Shown: positions 23,401 through 35,950 of the stretch, one piece after another
Layout: the number at the start of each line of letters is the position of its first letter
Numbering within the stretch: position 1 is the first letter of the stretch
Translations under genes and position numbers: made by a program
Source: Eledone cirrhosa
Lineage: Eukaryota
Direction of reading: 5' to 3'
Assembly (NCBI GenBank): GCA_964016885.1
Contig: OZ024740.1
Span: forward strand, 35,588,001 to 35,652,000
DNA length: 64,000 nucleotides
The notes under the pieces: model-generated
Told to the model about the DNA's origin: nothing
The model's database searches: none
The model's input: the letters and a program-made list of their open reading frames with translations, nothing else

Positions 23401-26400
23401 TAGATGTAAGGTGTTGTGGTTTAACAGGCGACAGTGAGATGTAAGGCGTTGTGGTTTAACAGGCGACAGTTAGATGTATGGTGTTGTGGTTTAACAGGCA
23501 ACAGTTAGATGTAAGGTGTAGTGGTTTAACAGACGACAGTAAGATGTAACGTGTTGTGGTTTAACAGGTGACAGTTAGATGTAAGGTGTTGGGGTTCAAC
23601 AGGCGACAGTTAGATGGAAGGTGTTGTGGTTTAACAGGTGACAGTTAGATGTAAGGTGTAGTGGTTTAACAGGCGACAGTGAGATGTAACGTGTTTTGGT
23701 TTAACCGACGACAGTGAGATGTAAGGTGTTGTGGTTTAAAAGGTGTCAGTTCGATGTAAGGTGTTGTGGTTTAACAGGTGACAGTTAGATGCAAGGTGTA
23801 GGAGTTTAACAAGCAACAGTTAGATGTAAGGTGTTGTGGTTTAACAGACGACAGTTAGATGTAAGGTGTAGTGGTTTAACAGAAGACAGTTAGATGTAAG
23901 GCGTAGTGGTTCAACAGGCGACAGTTAGATGTAAGGTGTCCTGGTTTAACAGACGACAGTTAGATCTAAGTTTTAGTGGTTTAACAGACGACAGTTAGAT
24001 GTAAGCTGTAGTGGTTCAACAGACGACAGTTACATGTAAGGTGTTGTGGTTTAACAGGTGAAAGTTAGATGTAAGGTATAGTGGTTTAACAGACGGCAGT
24101 TAGATGTAAGGTGTTGTGGTTTAACAGGCGACAGTTAGATGTAAGGTGTTGTGGTTTAACAGACGTCAGTTAGATGTAAGGTGTTGTGGTTCAACGGACG
24201 AGAGTTAAATGTAAGGTGTTGTGGTTTAACAGACGACAGTTAGATGTAATGAGTCGTTTAACAGTTGTTAGTTAGATGTAAGGTGTAGTGGTTTAACAGG
24301 TGACAGTTAGATGTAAGGTGTTGTCTTTTAACAGGCGACAGTTAGATGGAAGGTGTTGTGGTTCAACATGCGACGGTTAGTTGTATGGTGTTGTGGTTTA
24401 ACAGGCGACAGTGACATGTAAGATGTTGTGGTTTAACAGGCGACAGTGAGATGTAGGGTGTTGTGGTTTAACAGGCGACAGTGAGATGTAAGGTGTTGTG
24501 GTTCAACAGGCGACAGTTAGATGTATGGTGTTGTGGTTTAACAGGCGACAGTTAGATGTAAGGTGTTGTGGTTTAAGAGGCGACAGTGAGATGTAAGGTG
24601 TTGTGGTTCAACAGGCGACAGTTAGATGTAAGGTGTTGAGGTGTAACAGGTGACAGTTAGATGTAAGGTGTTGTGGTTTAACAGGCGACAGTGAGATGTA
24701 AGGTGTAGTTTGTTAACGGGTGACAGTTAGATGTAAGGTGTTGTCGTTTAACAGGCAACAGTTAGATGGAAGGTGTTGTGGTTTAACAGGTGACAGTTAG
24801 ATGTAAGGTATAGTGGTTTAACAGGCGACAGTGAGATGTAAGGTGTTGTGGTTCAACAGGCGACAGTTAGATGTAAGGTTTTGTGGTTTAACAGGTGACA
24901 GTTAGATGTAAGGTGTTGTGGTTTAACAGACGACAGTGAGATGTAAGGTGTTGTGGTTTAACAGGTGACAGTTAGATGTAAGATGTTGTGGTTTAACAGA
25001 CGACAGTGAGATGTAAGGTGTTGTGGTTTAACAGGCGACAGTGAGATGTAAGGTGTTGTGGTTTAACAGGCGACAGTGAGATGTAAGGTGTTGTGGTTTA
25101 ACAGGCGACAGTGAGATGTAAGGTGTAGTGGTTTAACAGGTGACAGTTAGATGTATGATGTTGTCGTTAAACAGGCGACAGTTAGATGTAAGGTGTTGTG
25201 GTTCAACAGGCGACAGTTAGATGTAAGGTGTTGTGGTTTCACAGGTGATAGTTAGATGTAAGGTGTTGTGGTTTAACAGACGACAGTTAGATGTATTGTG
25301 TTGTGGTTCAACAGACGACAGTTAGATGTAAGGTTTTGTGGTTTAACAGGTGACAGTTAGATGTAAGGTGTTGTGGTTTAACAGGCGACAGTGAGATGTA
25401 AGGTGTTGTGGTTTAACAGGTGACAGTTAGATGTAAGATGTTATGGTTTAACAGACGACAGTTAGATGTATTGTGTTGTGGTTCAACAGACGACAGTTAG
25501 ATGTATGGTGTTGTGGTTTAACAGGCGACAGTTATATGTAAGTGGTTGTGGTTTAACAGGTGACAGTTAGATGTAAGGTGTTGTGGTTTAACAGGTGACA
25601 GTTAGACGTAAGGTGTAGGGGTTTAACAGGCAACAGTTAGATGTAAGGTGTTGTGGTTTAACAGGCGACAGTTAGATGTAATGTGTTCTGTTTTATCAGG
25701 CAACAGTTAGATGTAAGGTGTTGTGGTTTAACAGGTGACAGTTAGATGTAAGGTGTAGTGGTGTAACAGACGACAGTTAGATGTAAGGTGTAGTGGTTTA
25801 ACAGACGACAGTTAGATGTAAGGTGTAGTGGTTTAACAGACGACAGTTATATGTAAGGTGTTGTGGATTAACAGCCGACAGTTTGATGTAAGTGTTGTGG
25901 TTTAACAGCCGACTGTTAGATGTAAGGTGTTGTGGTTTAACAGGTGACAGTTAGATGTAAGGTGTTGTGTTTCAACAGGCGACAGTTAGATGTAAGTTGT
26001 TGTGTTTTAACATGTGACAGTTGTATATAAGTTGTTGTGGTTTAACAGGCGACAGTTAGATGTATGGTGTTGTGGTTTAACAGGCGACAGTTATATGAAA
26101 GGTGTTGTGGTTTATCAGGTGACAGTTAGATGTATGGGGTTGTGGTTTAACAGGCGACAGTTAGATGTATGGTGTTGTGGTTTAACAGGAGACAGTTAGA
26201 TGTAAGGTGGTGTGGTTTAACAAACGACAGTTAGATGTAAGGTGTTGTGTTTCAACAGGCAACATATAGATGTAAGGTGTTGTGGTTTAACAGGTGACAG
26301 TTAGATGTTAGGTGTTGTCTTTCAACAGGTGACAGTCAGATGTAAGGTGTTGTGGTTTAACAGGTGACAGTTGTATGTAAGTTGTTGTGGTTTAACAGGC

Positions 26401-29400
26401 AACAGTTAGATGTAAGTTGTTGTGGTTTAACAGGCGACAGTTAGATGTAAGGTGTTGTGGTTTAACAGGTGACAGTTAGATGTAAGATGTTGTGGTTTAA
26501 CAGGTGAAGGTTGTATGAAAGTTGTTGTGGTTCAACAGACGAGAGTTAAATGTAAGGTGTTGTGGTTTAACAGACGACAGTGAGATGTAAGGTGTTGTGG
26601 TTCAACAGGCGACAGTTAGATGTAAGGTGTTGTGGTTTAACAGGCGACAGTGAGAGGTAAGGCGTTGTCGTTTAACAGGCGACAGTTAGATGTAAGTTGT
26701 TGTGTTTTAACATGTGACAGTTGTATGTAAGTTGTTGTGGTTTAACAGGCGACAGTTAGATGTATGGTGTTGTGGTTTAACAGGCGACAGTTATATGAAA
26801 GGTGTTGTGGTTTATCAGGTGACAGTTAGATGTATGGGGTTGTGGTTTAACAGGCGACAGTTAGATGTATGGTGTTTTGGTTTAACAGGAGACAGTTAGA
26901 TGTAAGTTGGTGTGGTTTAACAAACGACAGTTAGATGTAAGGTGTTATGGTTCAACAGGCAACATATAGATGTAAGGTGTTGTGGTTTAACAGGTGACAG
27001 TTAGATGTTAGGTGTTGTCTTTCAACAGGTGATAGTCAGATGTAAGGTGTTGTGGTTTAACAGGTGACAGTTGTATGTAAGTTGTTGTGGTTTAACAGGC
27101 AACAGTTAGATGTAAGGTGTTGTGGTTTAACAGGCGACAGTTAGATGTAAGGTGTTGTGGTTTAACAGGTGACAGTTAGATGTAAGATGTTGTGGTTTAA
27201 CAGGTGACAGTTGTATGAAAGTTGTTGTGGTTCAACAGACGAGAGTTAAATGTAAGGTGTTGTGGTTTAACAGACGACAGTTAGATGTAATGTGTTGTTT
27301 AACAGACGTTAGTTAGATGTAAGGTGTAGTGGTTTAACAGGTGACAGTTAGATGTAAGGTGTTGTCGTTTAACAGGCGACAGTGAGATATAAGTTGTTGT
27401 GTTTTAACAGGCGACAGTGAGATGTAAGGTGTTGTGGTTTAACAGGCGACAGTGAGATGTAAGGTGTAGTGGTTTAACAGGTGACAGTTAGATGTATGGT
27501 GTTGTCGTTAAACAGGCGACAGTTAGATGTAAGGTGTTGTGGTTCAACAGGCGACAGTTAGATGTAAGGTGTTGTGGTTTAAGAGGCGACAGTGAGATGT
27601 AATGTGTTGTTATTTCATAGGTGACAGTTAGATGTAAGGTGTTGTGGTTTAACAGGCGACAGTTAGATGTAAGGTGTTGTGGTTTAACAGGCGACAGTGA
27701 GATGTAAGCTGTTGTGGTTTAACAGGCGACAGTGAGATGTAAGGTGTAGTGGTTTAACAGGTGACAGTTAGATGTATGGTGTTGTCGTTAAACAGGCGAC
27801 AGTTAGATGGAAGGTGTTGTCGTTTAACAGGCGACAGTTACATGGAAGGTGTTGTGGTTTAACAGGTGACAGTTAGATGTAAGGTATAGTGGTTTAACAG
27901 GCGACAGCTAGATGTAAGGTGTTATGGTTCAACAGGCGACAGTTAGATGTAAGGTGTTGATGTTTAACAGGTGACAGTTAGATGTAAGGTGTTGTGGTTT
28001 AAGAGGCGACAGTGAGATGTAAGGTGTTGTGGTTCAACAGGCGACAGTTAAATGTAAGGTGTTGAGGTTTAACAGGTGACAGTTAGATGTAAGGTGTTGT
28101 GGTTTAACAGGCGACAGTGAGATGTAAGGTGTAGTTGGTTAACGGGTGACAGTTAGATGTAAGGTGTTGTCGTTTAACAGGCAACAGATAGATGGAAGGT
28201 GTTGTGGTTTAACAGGTGACAGTTAAATGTAAGGTATAGTGGTTTAACAGGCGACAGTGAGATGTAAGGTGTTGTGGTTCAACAGGCGACAGTTAGATGT
28301 AAGATGTTGTGGTTTAACAGACGACAGTGAGATGTAAGGTGTTGTGGTTTAACAGGCGACAGTGAGAGGTAAGGCGTTGTCGTTTAACAGGCGACAGTGA
28401 GATGTAAGGTGTTGTGGTTTAACAGGCGACAGTGAGATGTAAGGTGTAGTGGTTTAACAGGTGACAGTTAGATGTATGATGTTGTCGTTAAACAGGCGAC
28501 AGTTAGATGTAAGGTGTTGTGGTTCAACAGGCGACAGTGAGATGTAAGGTGTTGTGGTTTCACAGGTGATAGTTAGATGTAAGGTGTTGTGGTTTAAGAG
28601 GCGACAGTTAGATGTAAGGTGTTGTGGTTCAACAGGCGACAGTTAGATGTATGGTGTTGTGGTTGAACAGGTGACAGTTAGATGTAAGGTGTTGTGGTTT
28701 AACAGGCGACAGTGAGATGTAAGGTGTAGTGGGTTAACGGGTGACAGTTAGATGTAAGGTGTTGTCGTTTAACAGGCAACAGTTAGATGGAAGGTGTTGT
28801 GGTTTAACAGGTGACAGTTATATGTAAGGTATAGTGCTTTAACAGGCGACAGTGAGATGTAAGGTGTTGTGGTTCAACAGGCGACAGTTAGATGTAATGT
28901 GTTGTGGCTCAACAGACGACAGTTAGATGTATGGTGTTGTGGTTTAAGAGGCGACAGTTATATGTAAGTGGTTGTGGTTTAACAGGTGACAGTTAGATGT
29001 AAGGTGTCGTGGTTTAACAGGTGACAGTTAGATGTAAGGTGTAGGGGTTTAACAGGCAACAGTTAGATGTAAGGTATTGTGGTTTAACAGGCGACAGTTA
29101 GATGTAATTTGTTCTGGTTTAACAGGTGACAGTTAGATGTAAGGTGTTGTGGTTTAACAGGCGACAGTGAGATGTAAGGCGTTGTGGTTTAACAGGCGAC
29201 AGTTAGATGTATGGTGTTGTGGTTTAACAGGCAACAGTTAGATGTAAGGTGTAGTGGTTTAACAGACGACAGTAAGATTTAACGTGTTGTGGTTTAACAG
29301 GTGACAGTTAGATGTAAGGTGTTGGGGTTCAACAGGCGACAGATAGATGGAAGGTGTTGTGGTTTAACAGGTGACAGTTAGATGTAAGGTGTAGTGGTTT

Positions 29401-32400
29401 AACAGGCGACAGTGAGATGTAACGTGTTTTGGTTTAACCGACGACAGTGAGATGTAAGGTGTTGTGGTTTAACAGGTGACAGTTAGATGTAAGGTGTTGT
29501 GGTTTAACAGGCGACAGTGAGATGTAAGGCGTTGTGGTTTAACAGGCGACAGTTAGATGTAAGGTGTTGTGTTTCAACAGGCGACAGTTAGATGTAAGTT
29601 GTTGTGTTTTAACATGTGACAGTTGTATGTAAGTTGTTGTGGTTTAACAGGCGACAGTTAGATGTATGGTGTTGTGTTTTAACAGACGACAGTTAGATGT
29701 AACGTGTTGTGGTTTAACAGGTGACAGTTAGATGTAAGGTGTTGTGGTTTAACAGGCGACAGTGAGATGTAAGGTGTAGTTGGTTAACGGGTGACAGTTA
29801 GATGTAAGGTGTTGTCGTTTAACAGGCAACAGATAGATGGAAGGTGTTGTGGTTTAACAGGTGACAGTTAGATGTAAGGTATAGTGGTTTAACAGGCGAC
29901 AGTGAGATGTAAGGTGTTGTGGTTCAACAGGCGACAGTTAGATGTAAGATGTTGTGGTTTAACAGACGACAGTGAGATGTAAGGTGTTGTGGTTTAACAG
30001 GCGACAGTGAGAGGTAAGGCGTTGTCGTTTAACAGGCGACAGTTAGATGTAAGTTGTTGTGTTTTAACATGTGACAGTTGTATGTAAGTTGTTGTGGTTT
30101 AACAGGCGACAGTTAGATGTATGGTGTTGTGGTTTAACAGGCGACAGTTATATGAAAGGTGTTGTGGTTTATCAGGTGACAGTTAGATGTATGGGGTTGT
30201 GGTTTAACAGGCGACAGTTAGATGTATGGTGTTGTGGTTTAACAGGAGACAGTTAGATGTAAGTTGGTGTGGTTTAACAAACGACAGTTAGATGTAAGGT
30301 GTTGTGGTTCAACAGGCAACATATAGATGTAAGGTGTTGTGGTTTAACAGGTGACAGTTAGATGTTAGGTGTTGTCTTTCAACAGGTGATAGTCAGATGT
30401 AAGGTGTTGTGGTTTAACAGGTGACAGTTGTATGTAAGTTGTTGTGGTTTAACAGGCAACAGTTAGATGTAAGGTGTTGTGGTTTAACAGGCGACAGTTA
30501 GATGTAAGGTGTTGTGGTTTAACAGGTGACAGTTAGATGTAAGATGTTGTGGTTTAACAGGTGACAGTTGTATGAAAGTTGTTGTGGTTCAACAGACGAG
30601 AGTTAAATGTAAGGTGGTGTGGTTTAACAGACGACAGTTAGATGTAATGTGTTGTTTAACAGACGTTAGTTAGATGTAAGGTGTAGTGGTTTAACAGGTG
30701 ACAGTTAGATGTAAGGTGTTGTCGTTTAACAGGCGACAGTGAGATATAAGTTGTTGTGTTTTAACAGGCGACAGTGAGATGTAAGGTGTTGTGGTTTAAC
30801 AGGCGACAGTGAGATGTAAGGTGTAGTGGTTTAACAGGTGACAGTTAGATGTATGGTGTTGTCGTTAAACAGGCGACAGTTAGATGTAAGGTGTTGTGGT
30901 TCAACAGGCGACAGTTAGATGTAAGGTGTTGTGGTTTAAGAGGCGACAGTGAGATGTAATGTGTTGTTATTTCATAGGTGACAGTTAGATGTAAGGTGTT
31001 GTGGTTTAACAGGCGACAGTTAGATGTAAGGTGTTGTGGTTCAACAGGCGACAGTGAGATGTAAGGTGTTGTGGTTTAACAGGCGACAGTGAGATGTAAG
31101 GTGTAGTGGTTTAACAGGTGACAGTTAGATGTATGGTGTTGTCGTTAAACAGGCGACAGTTAGATGGAAGGTGTTGTGGTTTAACAGGCGACAGTTAGAT
31201 GTAAGGTGTTGTGGTTTAACAGGCGACAGTTAGATGTAAGGTGTTGTGGTTTAACAGGCGACAGTTAGATGTAAGGTGTTGTTGTTTAACAGGCGACAGT
31301 TACATGGAAGGTGTTGTGGTTTAACAGGTGACAGTTAGATGTAAGGTGTAGTGGTTTAACAGGTGACAGTTAGATGTAAGGTATAGTGGTTTAACAGGCG
31401 ACAGCTAGATGTAAGGTGTTATGGTTCAACAGGCGACAGTTAGATGTAAGGTGTTGATGTTTAACAGGTGACAGTTAGATGTAAGGTGTTGTGGTTTAAG
31501 AGGCGACAGTGAGATGTAAGGTGTTGTGGTTCAACAGGCGACAGTTAAATGTAAGGTGTTGAGGTTTAACAGGTGACAGTTAGATGTAAGGTGTTGTGGT
31601 TTAACAGGCGACAGTGAGATGTAAGGTGTAGTTGGTTAACGGGTGACAGTTAGATGTAAGGTGTTGTCGTTTAACAGGCAACAGATAGATGGAAGGTGTT
31701 GTGGTTTAACAGGTGACAGTTAGATGTAAGGTATAGTGGTTTAACAGGCGACAGTGAGATGTAAGGTGTTGTGGTTCAACAGGCGACAGTTAGATGTAAG
31801 ATGTTGTGGTTTAACAGACGACAGTGAGATGTAAGGTGTTGTGGTTTAACAGGCGACAGTGAGAGGTAAGGCGTTGTCGTTTAACAGGCGACAGTGAGAT
31901 GTAAGGTGTTGTGGTTTAACAGGCGACAGTGAGATGTAAGGTGTAGTGGTTTAACAGGTGACAGTTAGATGTATGATGTTGTCGTTAAACAGGCGACAGT
32001 TAGATGTAAGGTGTTGTGGTTCAACAGGCGACAGTGAGATGTAAGGTGTTGTGGTTTCACAGGTGATAGTTAGATGTAAGGTGTTGTGGTTGAACAGGTG
32101 ACAGTTAGATGTAAGGTGTTGTGGTTTAACAGGCGACAGTGAGATGTAAGGTGTAGTGGGTTAACGGGTGACAGTTAGATGTAAGGTGTTGTCGTTTAAC
32201 AGGCAACAGTTAGATGGAAGGTGTTGTGGTTTAACAGGTGACAGTTATATGTAAGGTATAGTGCTTTAACAGGCGACAGTGAGATGTAAGGTGTTGTGGT
32301 TCAACAGGCGACAGTTAGATGTAAGGTTTTGTGGTTTAACAGGTGACAGTTAGATGTAAGGTGTTGTGGTTTAACAGGCAACAGTGAGATGTAAGGTGTT

Positions 32401-35400
32401 GTGGTTTAACAGGTGACAGTTAGATGTAAGATGTTATGGTTTAACAGACGACAGTTAGATGTAATGTGTTGTGGCTCAACAGACGACAGTTAGATGTATG
32501 GTGTTGTGGTTTAAGAGGCGACAGTTATATGTAAGTGGTTGTGGTTTAACAGGTGACAGTTAGATGTAAGGTGTCGTGGTTTAACAGGTGACAGTTAGAT
32601 GTAAGGTGTAGGGGTTTAACAGGCAACAGTTAGATGTAAGGTATTGTGGTTTAACAGGCGACAGTTAGATGTAATGTGTTCTGGTTTAACAGGTGACAGT
32701 TAGATGTAAGGTGTTGTGGTTTAACAGGCGACAGTGAGATGTAAGGCGTTGTGGTTTAACAGGCGACAGTTAGATGTATGGTGTTGTGGTTTAACAGGCA
32801 ACAGTTAGATGTAAGGTGTAGTGGTTTAACAGACGACAGTAAGATGTAACGTGTTGTGGTTTAACAGGTGACAGTTAGATGTAAGGTGTTGGGGTTCAAC
32901 AGGCGACAGTTAGATGGAAGGTGTTGTGGTTTAACAGGTGACAGTTAGATGTAAGGTGTAGTGGTTTAACAGGCGACAGTGAGATGTAACGTGTTTTGGT
33001 TTAACCGACGACAGTGAGATGTAAGGTGTTGTGGTTTAAAAGGTGTCAGTTCGATGTAAGGTGTTGTGGTTTAACAGGTGACAGTTAGATGCAAGGTGTA
33101 GGAGTTTAACAAGCAACAGTTAGATGTAAGGTGTTGTGGTTTAACAGACGACAGTTAGATGTAAGGTGTAGTGGTTTAACAGAAGACAGTTAGATGTAAG
33201 GCGTAGTGGTTCAACAGGCGACAGTTAGATGTAAGGTGTCCTGGTTTAACAGACGACAGTTAGATCTAAGTTTTAGTGGTTTAACAGACGACAGTTAGAT
33301 GTAAGCTGTAGTGGTTCAACAGACGACAGTTACATGTAAGGTGTTGTGGTTTAACAGGTGAAAGTTAGATGTAAGGTATAGTGGTTTAACAGACGGCAGT
33401 TAGATGTAAGGTGTAGTGGTTTAATAGGTGACAGTTAGATGTAAGGTGTAGTGGTTTAACAGACGAGAGTTAAATGTAAGGTGTTGTGGTTTAACAGGCG
33501 ACAGTTAGATGTAAGGTGTTGTGGTTTAACAGACGTCAGTTAGATGTAAGGTGTTGTGGTTCAACGGACGAGAGTTAAATGTAAGGTGTTGTGGTTTAAC
33601 AGACGACAGTTAGATGTAATGAGTCGTTTAACAGTTGTTAGTTAGATGTAAGGTGTAGTGGTTTAACAGGTGACAGTTAGATGTAAGGTGTTGTCTTTTA
33701 ACAGGCGACAGTTAGATGGAAGGTGTTGTGGTTCAACATGCGACGGTTAGTTGTATGGTGTTGTGGTTTAACAGGCGACAGTGACATGTAAGATGTTGTG
33801 GTTTAACAGGCGACAGTGAGATGTAGGGTGTTGTGGTTTAACAGGCGACAGTGAGATGTAAGGTGTTGTGGTTCAACAGGCGACAGTTAGATGTATGGTG
33901 TTGTGGTTTAACAGGCGACAGTTAGATGTAAGGTGTTGTGGTTTAAGAGGCGACAGTGAGATGTAAGGTGTTGTGGTTCAACAGGCGACAGTTAGATGTA
34001 AGGTGTTGAGGTGTAACAGGTGACAGTTAGATGTAAGGTGTTGTGGTTTAACAGGCGACAGTGAGATGTAAGGTGTAGTTTGTTAACGGGTGACAGTTAG
34101 ATGTAAGGTGTTGTCGTTTAACAGGCAACAGTTAGATGGAAGGTGTTGTGGTTTAACAGGTGACAGTTAGATGTAAGGTATAGTGGTTTAACAGGCGACA
34201 GTGAGATGTAAGGTGTTGTGGTTCAACAGGCGACAGTTAGATGTAAGGTTTTGTGGTTTAACAGGTGACAGTTAGATGTAAGGTGTTGTGGTTTAACAGA
34301 CGACAGTGAGATGTAAGGTGTTGTGGTTTAACAGGTGACAGTTAGATGTAAGATGTTGTGGTTTAACAGACGACAGTGAGATGTAAGGTGTTGTGGTTTA
34401 ACAGGCGACAGTGAGATGTAAGGTGTTGTGGTTTAACAGGCGACAGTGAGATGTAAGGTGTTGTGGTTTAACAGGCGACAGTGAGATGTAAGGTGTAGTG
34501 GTTTAACAGGTGACAGTTAGATGTATGATGTTGTCGTTAAACAGGCGACAGTTAGATGTAAGGTGTTGTGGTTCAACAGGCGACAGTTAGATGTAAGGTG
34601 TTGTGGTTTCACAGGTGATAGTTAGATGTAAGGTGTTGTGGTTTAACAGACGACAGTTAGATGTATTGTGTTGTGGTTCAACAGACGACAGTTAGATGTA
34701 AGGTTTTGTGGTTTAACAGGTGACAGTTAGATGTAAGGTGTTGTGGTTTAACAGGCGACAGTGAGATGTAAGGTGTTGTGGTTTAACAGGTGACAGTTAG
34801 ATGTAAGATGTTATGGTTTAACAGACGACAGTTAGATGTATTGTGTTGTGGTTCAACAGACGACAGTTAGATGTATGGTGTTGTGGTTTAACAGGCGACA
34901 GTTATATGTAAGTGGTTGTGGTTTAACAGGTGACAGTTAGATGTAAGGTGTTGTGGTTTAACAGGTGACAGTTAGACGTAAGGTGTAGGGGTTTAACAGG
35001 CAACAGTTAGATGTAAGGTGTTGTGGTTTAACAGGCGACAGTTAGATGTAATGTGTTCTGTTTTATCAGGCAACAGTTAGATGTAAGGTGTTGTGGTTTA
35101 ACAGGTGACAGTTAGATGTAAGGTGTAGTGGTGTAACAGACGACAGTTAGATGTAAGGTGTAGTGGTTTAACAGACGACAGTTAGATGTAAGGTGTAGTG
35201 GTTTAACAGACGACAGTTATATGTAAGGTGTTGTGGATTAACAGCCGACAGTTTGATGTAAGTGTTGTGGTTTAACAGCCGACTGTTAGATGTAAGGTGT
35301 TGTGGTTTAACAGGTGACAGTTAGATGTAAGGTGTTGTGTTTCAACAGGCGACAGTTAGATGTAAGTTGTTGTGTTTTAACATGTGACAGTTGTATATAA

Positions 35401-35950
35401 GTTGTTGTGGTTTAACAGGCGACAGTTAGATGTATGGTGTTGTGGTTTAACAGGCGACAGTTATATGAAAGGTGTTGTGGTTTATCAGGTGACAGTTAGA
35501 TGTATGGGGTTGTGGTTTAACAGGCGACAGTTAGATGTATGGTGTTGTGGTTTAACAGGAGACAGTTAGATGTAAGGTGGTGTGGTTTAACAAACGACAG
35601 TTAGATGTAAGGTGTTGTGTTTCAACAGGCAACATATAGATGTAAGGTGTTGTGGTTTAACAGGTGACAGTTAGATGTTAGGTGTTGTCTTTCAACAGGT
35701 GACAGTCAGATGTAAGGTGTTGTGGTTTAACAGGTGACAGTTGTATGTAAGTTGTTGTGGTTTAACAGGCAACAGTTAGATGTAAGTTGTTGTGGTTTAA
35801 CAGGCGACAGTTAGATGTAAGGTGTTGTGGTTTAACAGGTGACAGTTAGATGTAAGATGTTGTGGTTTAACAGGTGAAGGTTGTATGAAAGTTGTTGTGG
35901 TTCAACAGACGAGAGTTAAATGTAAGGTGTTGTGGTTTAACAGACGACAG
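17451..35950 (+). repeat. ~9.1-9.4 kb tandem segmental duplication of the array (copy A ~17451-26575, copy B ~26576-35950)
   Basis: The marker ORF pairs 17589/26714 (both WCFG variant) and 20946/30071 are offset by 9125 = 261x35-10. The CCTGG marker at 23941/33241 is offset by 9300. The VVYK-variant ORFs 26014/35384 and CAGGTGAAGG 26501/35871 are offset by 9370. Confidence 0.92.
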
